Origin: a bacterium
GTDB taxonomy: Bacteria; Patescibacteriota; Minisyncoccia; UBA6257; Colwellbacteraceae
DNA length: 64,000 nt
Assembly: GCA_021787205.1 (NCBI GenBank)
Contig: JAJYME010000004.1
Coordinates: 39,063 to 103,062, forward strand
Direction of reading: 5' to 3'
Each line of letters starts with the position of its first letter. Position 1 is the stretch's first letter. Under the pieces are notes generated by a model, which saw only the letters and a program-made list of their open reading frames with translations, was not told where the DNA came from and did no database searches. A program made the translations under genes and the position numbers. Below, one piece after another: positions 9,085-17,329 of this stretch.

Positions 9085-10311
9085 ATGGCAAACAGTGTTA
9101 TTTTAGGGTTAGACATTGGGTCTGAAAACATAAAAACGGTTATTGCCGAGCCAGGTAATGGAAAACTTCGGCTGTCTTACGCGTCTTCAAAAAAGTCATT
9201 TGGTCTAAGGAGGGGAGCGGTCGTCGATATGGAGGAGGCAAAGAAAGCGGTGGCTGACGCCTTGAAAGAAATCAGGGGCTTCTATAAACCGGCAATCAAA
9301 AACATTTATGTTTCTGTTTCCGGATTCGGAGGTCATTATGACAAGACAGAAGGGACGATAGCTTTGGGAAGACCGGGCGCGGTGATAAACAAGAACGATA
9401 TCTTGCGCGCCGAAACGGAAGCGGCGGCGGTGCCTCTGGCGCCTAACCGAAAAATACTTCACACCCTAGTAAACGAGTATATCGTTGACGGGGCGCCGGA
9501 CATCAAGGATCCGATCGGGATGTCAGCAGCAAAGCTGAAGGTCTCCGGAATGGTGATCGACATCTTTACCCCGGCTTACAAGAACTTGGAAAAGATTGTC
9601 CGGTCAGTCGGGGGGGAGATAAGCGGAGTCGTTTATGCGCCGCTATCAGCCTCAATTTCAATCTTAACAAAAAGCCAGAAAGAAAATGGAGTCGCCTTGA
9701 TCGACATGGGGGCAGAAACGACCAGCTTGGTTGTCTATGAGGATAACAAGCTGATCCATCTCAACTCCTGGCCGGTCGGTTCCAAAAATATTTCGAACGA
9801 TCTGGCGATTGCCTTGCAGATCCCGATTGAAACAGCTGATAAGCTGAAGGTCACTTACGGATACGCGGTATCGCATGATATCTCGAGCAGGGATACAATC
9901 GATCTAAAAAAGATAGATACGGCGGTTGTCGGAACACCTTCAAGACGTTATGTCTCGGAAGTGATCGAAGCAAGATTGGAAGAGATCTTTGAACTCATTG
10001 ATAAAGATTTGGTCATGATAGGCAAGTCTAGAAAGTTGCCCTCAGGAATAGTCCTAACGGGCGGAGGGGCCAAGCTCCCAGGGATTGCGGAGCTGGCAAA
10101 GCACAAATTCAAGCTTTCGACTCAAATTGGGCTTGTGCCATCGGGACTGTTTGAAGTCATTGACCATAATCTATTAGAATATGTGGAATCGCCGGAATAC
10201 GCCGTAGTCTTAGGGCTTATTCTTAAAAGCGAGGACGTGGGAGATATCAGTTTGAACAACGACAGTTTGTTGGAGAATATAAAAAAGGTTTTTAAAAGAT
10301 TGACACCATAA
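9085..10311 (+). CDS. ftsA: Cell division protein FtsA
   Basis: An actin-like fold with ILGLDIGSENIKTV and GGGAKLPGI, located directly upstream of ftsZ. Confidence 0.8.
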   Translation: MANSVILGLDIGSENIKTVIAEPGNGKLRLSYASSKKSFGLRRGAVVDMEEAKKAVADALKEIRGFYKPAIKNIYVSVSGFGGHYDKTEGTIALGRPGAVINKNDILRAETEAAAVPLAPNRKILHTLVNEYIVDGAPDIKDPIGMSAAKLKVSGMVIDIFTPAYKNLEKIVRSVGGEISGVVYAPLSASISILTKSQKENGVALIDMGAETTSLVVYEDNKLIHLNSWPVGSKNISNDLAIALQIPIETADKLKVTYGYAVSHDISSRDTIDLKKIDTAVVGTPSRRYVSEVIEARLEEIFELIDKDLVMIGKSRKLPSGIVLTGGGAKLPGIAELAKHKFKLSTQIGLVPSGLFEVIDHNLLEYVESPEYAVVLGLILKSEDVGDISLNNDSLLENIKKVFKRLTP

Positions 10312-11684
10312 TGGAAAAAAAGAAAAATACAAAAGCAAGCGAGAGCAAGAAGGTGACAAAGAGCACGACTGCGCGCAGCAAACCCAAAACCAAGAAGAGA
10401 GAAGGAACCGTTACTTATAGCAATGGAAGATCCGATATCCAGGTACCGGCCGTAAAGATCAAGGTTGTCGGAATCGGAGGTGGCGGCAACAATGCCGTTT
10501 CCAGGATGAACAAGGATTTCATCCGCGGAGTGGAATTCATCGCTTTGAACACCGATGTCCAGGATCTGGAAAAGACCGGGATTCGCAGATGTATCAATAT
10601 CGGACGCAACCTCACCAAGGGGATGGGCGCCGGAATGAATCCCGATGTCGGCAAACAATCAGCCGAAGAGTCGCGCTCAGAAATAATAGAGACTTTGCAG
10701 GGAGCGGATTTGGTTTTCTTGACTGCCGGCATGGGAGGAGGAACCGGTACGGGAGCAACACCGATCGTGGCTGAATGCGCCAGGGAGGTGGGAGCTCTGA
10801 CCGTGGCCGTTGTCACCAAGCCTTTTGCTTTTGAGGGTGCCCAAAGATCAAGGATCGCCGAAGACGGAATCAATAAGTTAAGGGACAAAGTCGATGCCTT
10901 GATAGTCATCCCGAACGAGAGAATATTCTCAATAATCGGAAATGATACCCCGGTAATGAAAGCCTTTATGAAAGTCGATGAGGTTCTTAAAAATACCGTT
11001 TCCGGAATTTCCGAAGTTATCACTTCGAGCGGATTGGTAAACGTGGACTTCGCGGACATAAGAGCTATCATGCAGGGAGCCGGCGTGGCTCTTGTCGGAG
11101 TCGGAATCGCTTCGGGCGCCGACAGAGCGGTAAAGGCGGCTACCCAAGCAGTCCGTTCACAACTTCTGGAGAGATCAATCGACGGAGCTCATGGAATCCT
11201 TTTCGGAATTTCCGGAGGAGTCGATCTTAAGATGTCGGAGGTCAACGAAGCGGCAAGAATCATTACTGAGAATGCCGATCCTTCCGCCAAGATCATATTC
11301 GGCGCTTACTATGACAGAAAGCTTGCGAAGGGCAATATCAAGATCAACTTGATTGCTACCGGATTCAACGGTTTCGTCACCCAAAAGGAAGGGGAGAAAG
11401 AGACGGCCGTCAAACTTGGTTCGATTTCAACCGGTTCCGCGTCGTTATCCGACCTTTCTATGTTCAATACCATCCCAGAATCGATGGAGAAAGACAAGCC
11501 GACGACTGAGAACAAGATTAAAAATCTTTTTGGAATCGGGAATGAGAAAGACTTCAAAGAAGCGAAGCTTCCTCCCATGGAAAGCTTCGAACACAAGAAG
11601 CCTGTATCTTCCGAACCGGAAGATGATGAGGATAATGATGATATGTTCAACATTCCTTCAATTTTCCGCCGAAAAAAGAAATAA
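10311..11684 (+). CDS. ftsZ: Cell division GTPase FtsZ
   Basis: The tubulin signature GGGTGTG and the VIGVGGGGNNAV-like N-terminus are present, followed by an acidic C-terminal tail. Confidence 0.9.
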   Translation: MEKKKNTKASESKKVTKSTTARSKPKTKKREGTVTYSNGRSDIQVPAVKIKVVGIGGGGNNAVSRMNKDFIRGVEFIALNTDVQDLEKTGIRRCINIGRNLTKGMGAGMNPDVGKQSAEESRSEIIETLQGADLVFLTAGMGGGTGTGATPIVAECAREVGALTVAVVTKPFAFEGAQRSRIAEDGINKLRDKVDALIVIPNERIFSIIGNDTPVMKAFMKVDEVLKNTVSGISEVITSSGLVNVDFADIRAIMQGAGVALVGVGIASGADRAVKAATQAVRSQLLERSIDGAHGILFGISGGVDLKMSEVNEAARIITENADPSAKIIFGAYYDRKLAKGNIKINLIATGFNGFVTQKEGEKETAVKLGSISTGSASLSDLSMFNTIPESMEKDKPTTENKIKNLFGIGNEKDFKEAKLPPMESFEHKKPVSSEPEDDEDNDDMFNIPSIFRRKKK

Positions 11685-11713
11685 AAATCACCCGAAAGGG
11701 TGATTTTTATTAT

Positions 11714-12346
11714 TTAATGATCATGATGATGTCCGCAACCGCAATCGCCTTCATCTCCGCAATCGCATTCCTCCTCATCTCCGCAATCGCATTCCCCGTG
11801 TTCGCAATCGTGGGAATGAATATGTTCACCGAGGTAGTTTTCCGCGAGATATGAGAGTAATTTCTGATATTCTTCAGCTTGCTCTTCACTGATGTTCTCG
11901 TTTTCCAGCTGCTCAAAATCATTCAAGAGATTGGTATCTTCGTCGGAGAGGGTTTTATTGACGGCGGGGTAAACTTCTTCTTCCTCCTTGTTAATATGGT
12001 TGTTGGCGAAGGAGACATAATCCCGGGCGCTATTTATAAGGCTTTCATCATTAGCGTTGCCTTTGTAGCCTTTGATTTCGGACATAAAATTGTCGAAGAG
12101 AACCTTTTCTTGTTTATGTTCATCAAGATGAGGCTGAAGCTCCGGCATTCTTTCCGAAAGCAGATTGGCTTCTTTTTGGTGATGGATCGAGTAAATGAAG
12201 AGTTCTAAGAAGGCAGCAAGCTGTTCCAAATCTTCAATTTTAACCTCTTGTTTATTCTCTAACTTTTGACAAGCGGCTTCGGTGATGTAGAGCATCAAAC
12301 GAATGATATTATGCTCGTCTTGCAATTGTTCTATTAACGGATGCAT
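11714..12346 (-). CDS. Hypothetical helical protein, possibly hemerythrin-like, with a Cys/His/Asp-rich metal-binding C-terminal tail
   Basis: The body carries spaced H/E residues (IHHQKEANLL, HLDEH); the C-terminus is HIHSHDCEHGECDCGDEEECDCGDEGDCGCGHHHDH. Confidence 0.4.
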   Translation of the reverse strand: MHPLIEQLQDEHNIIRLMLYITEAACQKLENKQEVKIEDLEQLAAFLELFIYSIHHQKEANLLSERMPELQPHLDEHKQEKVLFDNFMSEIKGYKGNANDESLINSARDYVSFANNHINKEEEEVYPAVNKTLSDEDTNLLNDFEQLENENISEEQAEEYQKLLSYLAENYLGEHIHSHDCEHGECDCGDEEECDCGDEGDCGCGHHHDH

Positions 12347-12426
12347 GAAAATATTCTAACAGTTATCAACCTTTGTAGCCAGGGGGAGACGACCCCCACA
12401 AATCTTGACTGTTTGGTTAATTGGGA

Positions 12427-12432
12427 TATAAT
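12427..12432 (+). promoter_or_regulatory. Candidate -10 element TATAAT upstream of the intron-containing tRNA
   Basis: gggatataatg lies 36 nt before the tRNA 5' end. Confidence 0.3.
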
Positions 12433-12467
12433 GATTAGGTACCTAAAAGAGGGTATAAATCGAATAT

Positions 12468-12768
12468 TCCCCTGTAGCTCAGTGGTAGAGCGGCTCGCTG
12501 TGGCTTAACGCAGCCTCCGAAAGTAATTTCGGTTGAATAACAAGGTGAATTCGGGGAAGTCCTGACCCATAAAGACAGGATAATCCCGAGCCAAGCTCTG
12601 ATAATTATCAGAGAAGGTGTAGAGACTATCTCGAAAGAGAGTACTTTTCCGACGAACGGAACGGGAAGCGCCTTGCATCCATTTTGGATGATGATATAGT
12701 CCATCCCTTTTAGTAATAGAAGGACAAGTGTAACGAGATGGTCGTAGGTTCGAATCCTACCGGGGGAG
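12468..12768 (+). tRNA. tRNA (anticodon GUU, Asn, after splicing) interrupted in the anticodon loop by a 229-nt group I intron; CCA is not encoded
   Basis: 5' exon (12468-12501): TCCCCTG TA GCTC AGTGGTA GAGC G GCTCG CUGU. 3' exon (12731-12768): UAA CGAGA TGGTC GTAGG TTCGAAT CCTAC CGGGGGA G. The 7-bp acceptor and the D and T arms are intact. Joining the exons gives the loop CUGUUAA. The overall sequence closely parallels E. coli tRNA-Asn as I recall it, including the G73 discriminator. Confidence 0.7.
12502..12730 (+). ncRNA. Group I intron (self-splicing type) within the tRNA anticodon loop
   Basis: The conserved group I elements appear in order. P-like: GAAUUCGGGGAAGUCC. Q-like: AUAAUCCCGAGCC (UUCGGG pairs with CCCGAG, P4). 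R-like: GUAGAGACUAUC. S-like: GAUAUAGUCC (GACUA pairs with UAGUC, P7). Other features: a P2 hairpin CCGAAA-GUAA-UUUCGG; a P6-like 8-bp hairpin CUCUGAUA/UAUCAGAG; a P1 pairing of exon GCUGU with intron GCAGC with U-G at the splice site; a terminal G at 12730; and a possible P10 UAA/UUA. Confidence 0.8.
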
Positions 12769-12775
12769 CATAATA

Positions 12776-12802
12776 AAAACGAGGCGAAAGCCTCGTTTTT
12801 CC
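12776..12802. terminator. Rho-independent terminator downstream of the tRNA
   Basis: AAAAACGAGGC GAAA GCCTCGTTTTT. Confidence 0.6.
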
Positions 12803-12903
12803 ATATGTAGCATGTTTTAATCGCGCATTAAGGGTTCAGGCATTGCGGGTTGGATCGTATTTGATTTACTGAAGAATAAACGCGCAATCTTTCATAGAGC
12901 TCA

Positions 12904-13398
12904 TTAATCTTTTTTGATTATATGTGTGAAGGTGTCTAATTTGTCGTTCATCATCAAATCCTTAACAGTGAACGGTCTAAGGTCTATTTCTCTCAATTCA
13001 TCAATAGAAACCCATTTGATAAATAAGCGCTTTTCTTCACCACGATCAATTTCTATGACTTCTCTGTCAACTGTTTCAAGGCATTCTTCCGGTTCAACAA
13101 TGTAGTAGTATTCTACACCATGTTGAACAATTCCTTTTTTCTCATAGAAATTTTCTTGAATACAAAATAGGGTTGCTTTTTTAACGGTGTAATCTAATTC
13201 TTCCTTGATTTCTCTAGCAACAGCGTCAAGAGAATCCTCGCCTATTTCAATGTGCCCACCGGGAATGTGATAATATGGCGCATTATCGACATTCATAATC
13301 AGGAATTTGTCATTGTGTCTGATAATTCCTACAGCTCGATTATAGTAATTATAATCATCCGTTTTGAATCTAATCTCTGGTTTCATTTTCAAATTCAT
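12904..13398 (-). CDS. NUDIX hydrolase
   Basis: The Nudix box GGHIEIGEDSLDAVAREIKEELDY fits Gx5Ex7REUxEExGU. Confidence 0.8.
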   Translation of the reverse strand: MNLKMKPEIRFKTDDYNYYNRAVGIIRHNDKFLIMNVDNAPYYHIPGGHIEIGEDSLDAVAREIKEELDYTVKKATLFCIQENFYEKKGIVQHGVEYYYIVEPEECLETVDREVIEIDRGEEKRLFIKWVSIDELREIDLRPFTVKDLMMNDKLDTFTHIIKKD

Positions 13399-13455
13399 AT
13401 ATCTTAAAATATCAACGCTATGCTTTATCTTACCATATTTTTAGGGATCCAGTGA

Positions 13456-13620
13456 TTACAAGCAATATCGGCAGATTTCCACCCAATTGCTATAGGAAAA
13501 TATATGCCGGAATTGGCAAGACAACCGGAAATTCTTCTTGAAAAATAGACGCTCAGTCCTTTTTATGCTTAAATCAAGCCATAAGATCCCGGTAATCGGA
13601 ACCGGGCTAGTGTCAGTCTC
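13456..13620 (-). pseudogene. Start-less C-terminal remnant of a paralog of the Cys-rich membrane protein gene at 15920-16666
   Basis: The minus-strand frame has no start codon for 55 codons and ends ...FSYSNWVEICRYCL*. It shares about 50 bp (13447-13496 vs 15911-15960) with the 3' end of the 15920 gene, which ends ...YYGNWVGICRYCP*. Confidence 0.4.
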
Positions 13621-13658
13621 CTTTGGGGGAGCAGGTGGAAAATCTTAATAAAAACATC

Positions 13659-14597
13659 ATGAAAAATAAAACCATTATTTTTACGATCATTATTTTGGTC
13701 ATTATAAGCGGCGCTTTATTTATCGGTCTTAGGCGATCGCAACCATCCGGGAATATCGACAAGACATCAAGCCAAGATGCAATCGAAGCTCCCAAGTTTG
13801 AAGCTTTTAAAGCAACCAAGTTCTTTGCCGGCACTCCGGCGTCTCCCGACTTTAAGACGAGGGAGTCTGCTTTGCAATTCAAAACTGTTATTGAGAACGG
13901 AGCGAAGAAGGGGCCTAATTTCGCTGGCGCTTATACCGTCGTCTCTTGGGGATGCGGCTCAGCCTGTCAAAACCACGCCATCCTGGATGCGGAGAGCGGG
14001 AAGATCCTTGTTTTCGGAAATGATTATGTGACAACCAGGGACCTGAAGTTTAATAAGGAGAGCAATCTTATCATTTTCGATCCTTATGATCCCGAACTTA
14101 ACCCGGCTTCTTTGGAATATGACTTTCCAGCCCGTTATTTTGTTTTTGAAAACGGCGCCTTAAGAGAGATATATAAAGAATCCTGCCTGATGGGATCAGG
14201 GGGATTAGAGTGCGGACAGCTGTCCTTCGGGTTTATCAGATCGCTTTCCTCTAACGCTATCTCTTTCGATCCGATTGAGATGCTCTCAGGAACGATTGCT
14301 CGCGACCAGGCGTCAAAGGACTTAAATTGCCCAATCGATCGGGTGGAGGAATGCGCTCCCAGTCTTAATAATGATTACTATATCAGGAATCTGGATAAGA
14401 CGGCCGTTAATTTTCCAATTGACCAGAATACGATCTTTTCCGTGGAGGCAAACCAAGGATCGCCAGTTCTAAATGAGGTCTCGATTTCCGAATTCGGCAA
14501 CGAGTATTCCGAATCAAACAATTTGCGTCTGGCGCCGTTCAAGATAATGGTCAAGAATGGAAGAGTAATCAAAATCGAGCAACAATATTTACCATAG
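13659..14597 (+). CDS. Hypothetical secreted/membrane-anchored protein
   Basis: The start is set at the internal ATG (MKNKTIIFTIIILVIISGALFIGL, a signal anchor). The rest is a Cys-containing soluble domain with no recognisable family. Confidence 0.45.
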   Translation: MKNKTIIFTIIILVIISGALFIGLRRSQPSGNIDKTSSQDAIEAPKFEAFKATKFFAGTPASPDFKTRESALQFKTVIENGAKKGPNFAGAYTVVSWGCGSACQNHAILDAESGKILVFGNDYVTTRDLKFNKESNLIIFDPYDPELNPASLEYDFPARYFVFENGALREIYKESCLMGSGGLECGQLSFGFIRSLSSNAISFDPIEMLSGTIARDQASKDLNCPIDRVEECAPSLNNDYYIRNLDKTAVNFPIDQNTIFSVEANQGSPVLNEVSISEFGNEYSESNNLRLAPFKIMVKNGRVIKIEQQYLP

Positions 14598-14668
14598 TCG
14601 AAAAAAGAGGGACATTAGTCATTCTCCCTCATTCTTCCCAATATTCTTTTTTGATATAATAAATCGAT

Positions 14669-15094
14669 ATGAAGTACAGCGAGTTCAAAAGAACCATTAC
14701 CCAGTGTCCCTTTTGTTATGGGGACCATAATGAAACGATTATTGAAAACGATCGGGCTATTCTTACCTATTCTTTAGCGCCTTATCATAAGCATCATTTG
14801 CTAGTCATCCCCAAAAGACATGTTGAAAAGATCGACGACATTTCATCTGAGGAGTACGAAGCAATTGATTCTTTAATCAAGAAGGGAATAGAGATTCTTA
14901 AGGCGCTTGGCTATGATAACTATACTATCTTAGTCAGAGAGGGGGCCGGTTCAGGCCGAAGCGTTCCTCACATCCATTATCACGTTATTCCTGATATCAG
15001 GTTGGGGGATAATGATCACGCCGGCGCTGACAGGCTGATTTTGGAAGCCGATCAAATTGCGGCTCTGATGTCGGAAATCAAGAGTGTTCTTTAG
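14669..15094 (+). CDS. HIT-family protein (second copy) with an N-terminal CxxC
   Basis: CPFCYG ... HHLLVIPKRH ... HIHYHVIP histidine triad; TGATATAAT lies upstream. Confidence 0.7.
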   Translation: MKYSEFKRTITQCPFCYGDHNETIIENDRAILTYSLAPYHKHHLLVIPKRHVEKIDDISSEEYEAIDSLIKKGIEILKALGYDNYTILVREGAGSGRSVPHIHYHVIPDIRLGDNDHAGADRLILEADQIAALMSEIKSVL

Positions 15095-15127
15095 GGCTGT
15101 CTGTTCTAAGACAGTTTCACTATAAAA

Positions 15128-15841
15128 ATGACCAAATTATATAAAAAACATAAGATATATATTTTTGCATTCCTGCTTGCTCTGATGCCGGCATCGACTC
15201 TGGCCGCTGCCAATTCAGGTAATGCGGGAAGCTCCACCGCTGCCGCGGTCGGCAGCGCGACGATAGCCAGCCCGGTCTGTTTCGTTTTCGCGAGGAACCT
15301 TGGATATGGCATGCGCGGAAGTGACGTCGCAAATCTTCAATCATATTTGGCGGCAAATACAAAGTATGCTGGCGGAGCGACCGGGTATTTCGGACCTCTT
15401 ACGCGCGCAGCCGTCGCGGCGTGGCAGGCAGCCAATAAAATTTCCTCGACCGGGTATATTGGACCGCTTTCGAGGGCGAAAATATCTTGCCCGAGCAATG
15501 AAACGACCACCTCTGTCATGTTCAATGCCAACCCGTTATCCGGGACGGCGCCCCTCGCCGTTGATTTCTCCGTATCATTAAAGAATGCAGGACAATATAT
15601 AATCGAGTTTGGTGACGGCGCTAACAGCGGTCCGCTTCAAAGCCGTTGTTTGAGCTCGAACTCCAGCCTTGGCGCGCCCAACGCCATATCGTGCGGGATT
15701 TCCGCGGAGCATTCTTATAAGATAGCCGGCGATTATACCGCGACACTTCTTCCATACATAGCCTGCCTTTACGCGACTACGGGCGTCCGATGTATGATAG
15801 CAACGATGCCGTTGGGGCAAGTAAAAATAACGGCGCGTTAA
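15128..15841 (+). CDS. Secreted protein with a peptidoglycan-binding-like domain and a PKD-like domain
   Basis: A signal peptide is followed by GSDVANLQSYLAANTKYAGGATGYFGPLTRAAVAAWQ (PG_binding_1-like), then FNANPLSGTAPLAVDFSVS...IEFGDGANSG (PKD-like). Confidence 0.5.
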   Translation: MTKLYKKHKIYIFAFLLALMPASTLAAANSGNAGSSTAAAVGSATIASPVCFVFARNLGYGMRGSDVANLQSYLAANTKYAGGATGYFGPLTRAAVAAWQAANKISSTGYIGPLSRAKISCPSNETTTSVMFNANPLSGTAPLAVDFSVSLKNAGQYIIEFGDGANSGPLQSRCLSSNSSLGAPNAISCGISAEHSYKIAGDYTATLLPYIACLYATTGVRCMIATMPLGQVKITAR

Positions 15842-15919
15842 TGCTCATCAATAAGATCTGAAATATCAAGGCCAGCTGATAGCTGGCCTTTTTGTTCTTT
15901 ATTATCAGGGATTGAGTGA

Positions 15920-16666
15920 TTAGGGGCAATATCGGCAGATTCCCACCCAGTTGCCATAATAGAGCTTTGAATAATCAATAAGGTAGCAACCTTTGATATT
16001 GATTTCTTGTCCGCCATAATAATAATGTCCGGAACAATAATACAACGATCCGCAGCCGCTGTCGCACTTCGCGGTGTCCCTGTTATTCGTACCAGTTTTC
16101 TCTTTTACGCAACAATAGACGCCTGAAATGCCAGAGGAACAGTTTCCTTGAGGGGCAATCGTGGCGTTTCCAGTAGAGCAAGTATAACAATGGCTATTGG
16201 TGCCGTAGATTCCTTTGAGCCCTTTATCGTCGACGCACGTCGAGCCATAGAGATCGGTTCTTTGGATTATGTTACCGGGATTTTTTGGAAACGATCCCGC
16301 GCCAAAGAACCAAATGAAAAGGCCGATAATGAAAGCTATTATCAGCAGGGGAAGCGGATTGACCGGCTTGTCCTTCGCTTCCGGTCTGGCGTCGGGTTCG
16401 ATATCATTTCTGACGCCGCCGAAGAATATATAGAAAAACAATTGGGGGATGATGCCGTAATAAGCAATAAGGCCAATCGTGATAAGAACGACGGCGGCGA
16501 TGTTGTTTTTCACAGCCTCAATAATGATTTCTTGAGAAAAATTATCCAGGCGGATCTTTTGATTAAGGAGAAAGATCAGAATGAGGAAGAGGGGGAGGAT
16601 GAGATAGCACACCTTAAGGATGCGATAATACCACTTGCCCTCTAAAATTGATTTTTTAATTGGCAT
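15920..16666 (-). CDS. Membrane protein with a Cys-rich extracellular C-terminal domain, hypothetical
   Basis: The start is moved to the internal ATG (MPIKKS...), because the first ATG of the ORF would translate through a strong hairpin at 16678-16707. Three TM segments are followed by a Cys-rich region: CVDDKG, CYTCSTG, CSSGISGVYCC, CDSGCG. Confidence 0.45.
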   Translation of the reverse strand: MPIKKSILEGKWYYRILKVCYLILPLFLILIFLLNQKIRLDNFSQEIIIEAVKNNIAAVVLITIGLIAYYGIIPQLFFYIFFGGVRNDIEPDARPEAKDKPVNPLPLLIIAFIIGLFIWFFGAGSFPKNPGNIIQRTDLYGSTCVDDKGLKGIYGTNSHCYTCSTGNATIAPQGNCSSGISGVYCCVKEKTGTNNRDTAKCDSGCGSLYYCSGHYYYGGQEINIKGCYLIDYSKLYYGNWVGICRYCP

Positions 16667-16848
16667 GTTTTTATTAAAAAGACCTGGACCGATAGGGGGT
16701 CCGGGTCTCAAATGCCTCTTGTGAGTTATTATATCATTAGTCTGATTTTCTACAAGGCGAGACCGGTTCCAGGAGATGTGGAAAACGGTTTTCGGATTTA
16801 TGTGTTAAAATGTTGGAAAGGTCATAATTATAATTTGGTGACAAACTT

Positions 16849-17241
16849 ATGGTTAAAAAAAGAAAATTGATATTGGCGCTAACCATTTCGGTTTTCGCGT
16901 TTCTGGCTTTTTATCTTTTATCTAGCCAGCCAATCGTCTTAACCGGCAGCTGCGATCTTCATGACGCCATAGGAAACAGGATCTCAGTAAACCAAGGAGA
17001 AGTAGCGACTGTAGGGAAGATCCGGATCGGAGTCGTCGCCACAAAGGGCGATTTGGTGAGAATATCTCTCAAGACGGATAGTAAGGCTGAGGGTGAAAAT
17101 TTCAATCTGGCTCTTTGTGAGAGCCGAAGGGCAGACGGGTATCGGATCCAAGTCTTGGCTATCACGGAGAGACGCTGGCTATTATTTCCCAAACCAGGAA
17201 GCAGTACTGGCTCCGTTAGCCTCTTTGTGACCGGGGAATAG
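16849..17241 (+). CDS. Hypothetical secreted protein
   Basis: The N-terminal signal/TM segment is LILALTISVFAFLAFYLL; no family was recognised. Confidence 0.4.
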   Translation: MVKKRKLILALTISVFAFLAFYLLSSQPIVLTGSCDLHDAIGNRISVNQGEVATVGKIRIGVVATKGDLVRISLKTDSKAEGENFNLALCESRRADGYRIQVLAITERRWLLFPKPGSSTGSVSLFVTGE

Positions 17242-17329
17242 CAACGACCGGTTCATCAAGCTTTTGTTCTGAATCCGTCTTCTTGCCGATCGATTGAGTC
17301 AAAAGTCAAAAATAAATTATAATTAAATT

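Noticed and set aside
10415-11071. Long antisense ORFs inside ftsZ (218 aa), inside the PspC gene (42487-43545, 352 aa), inside the DedA-PAP2 gene (37417-38100) and inside the P-type ATPase genes
   Set aside because: They are shadow ORFs on the opposite strand of well-supported genes, with low-complexity translations and no independent signals.
12435-12704. 89-aa minus-strand ORF overlapping the tRNA locus
   Set aside because: It lies entirely within the tRNA-Asn exons and group I intron, so the RNA structure explains the sequence. There is no RBS and the composition is implausible.
12468-12768. Alternative reading of the intron-containing tRNA as tRNA-Thr(UGU) with the intron between positions 33 and 34
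   Set aside because: Both readings give a 7-nt loop and a terminal intron G. However, only the 35/36 placement allows a 5-bp P1 with a U-G at the splice site, and the exons are more similar to tRNA-Asn, including G73. The Thr reading is kept as a lower-probability alternative.
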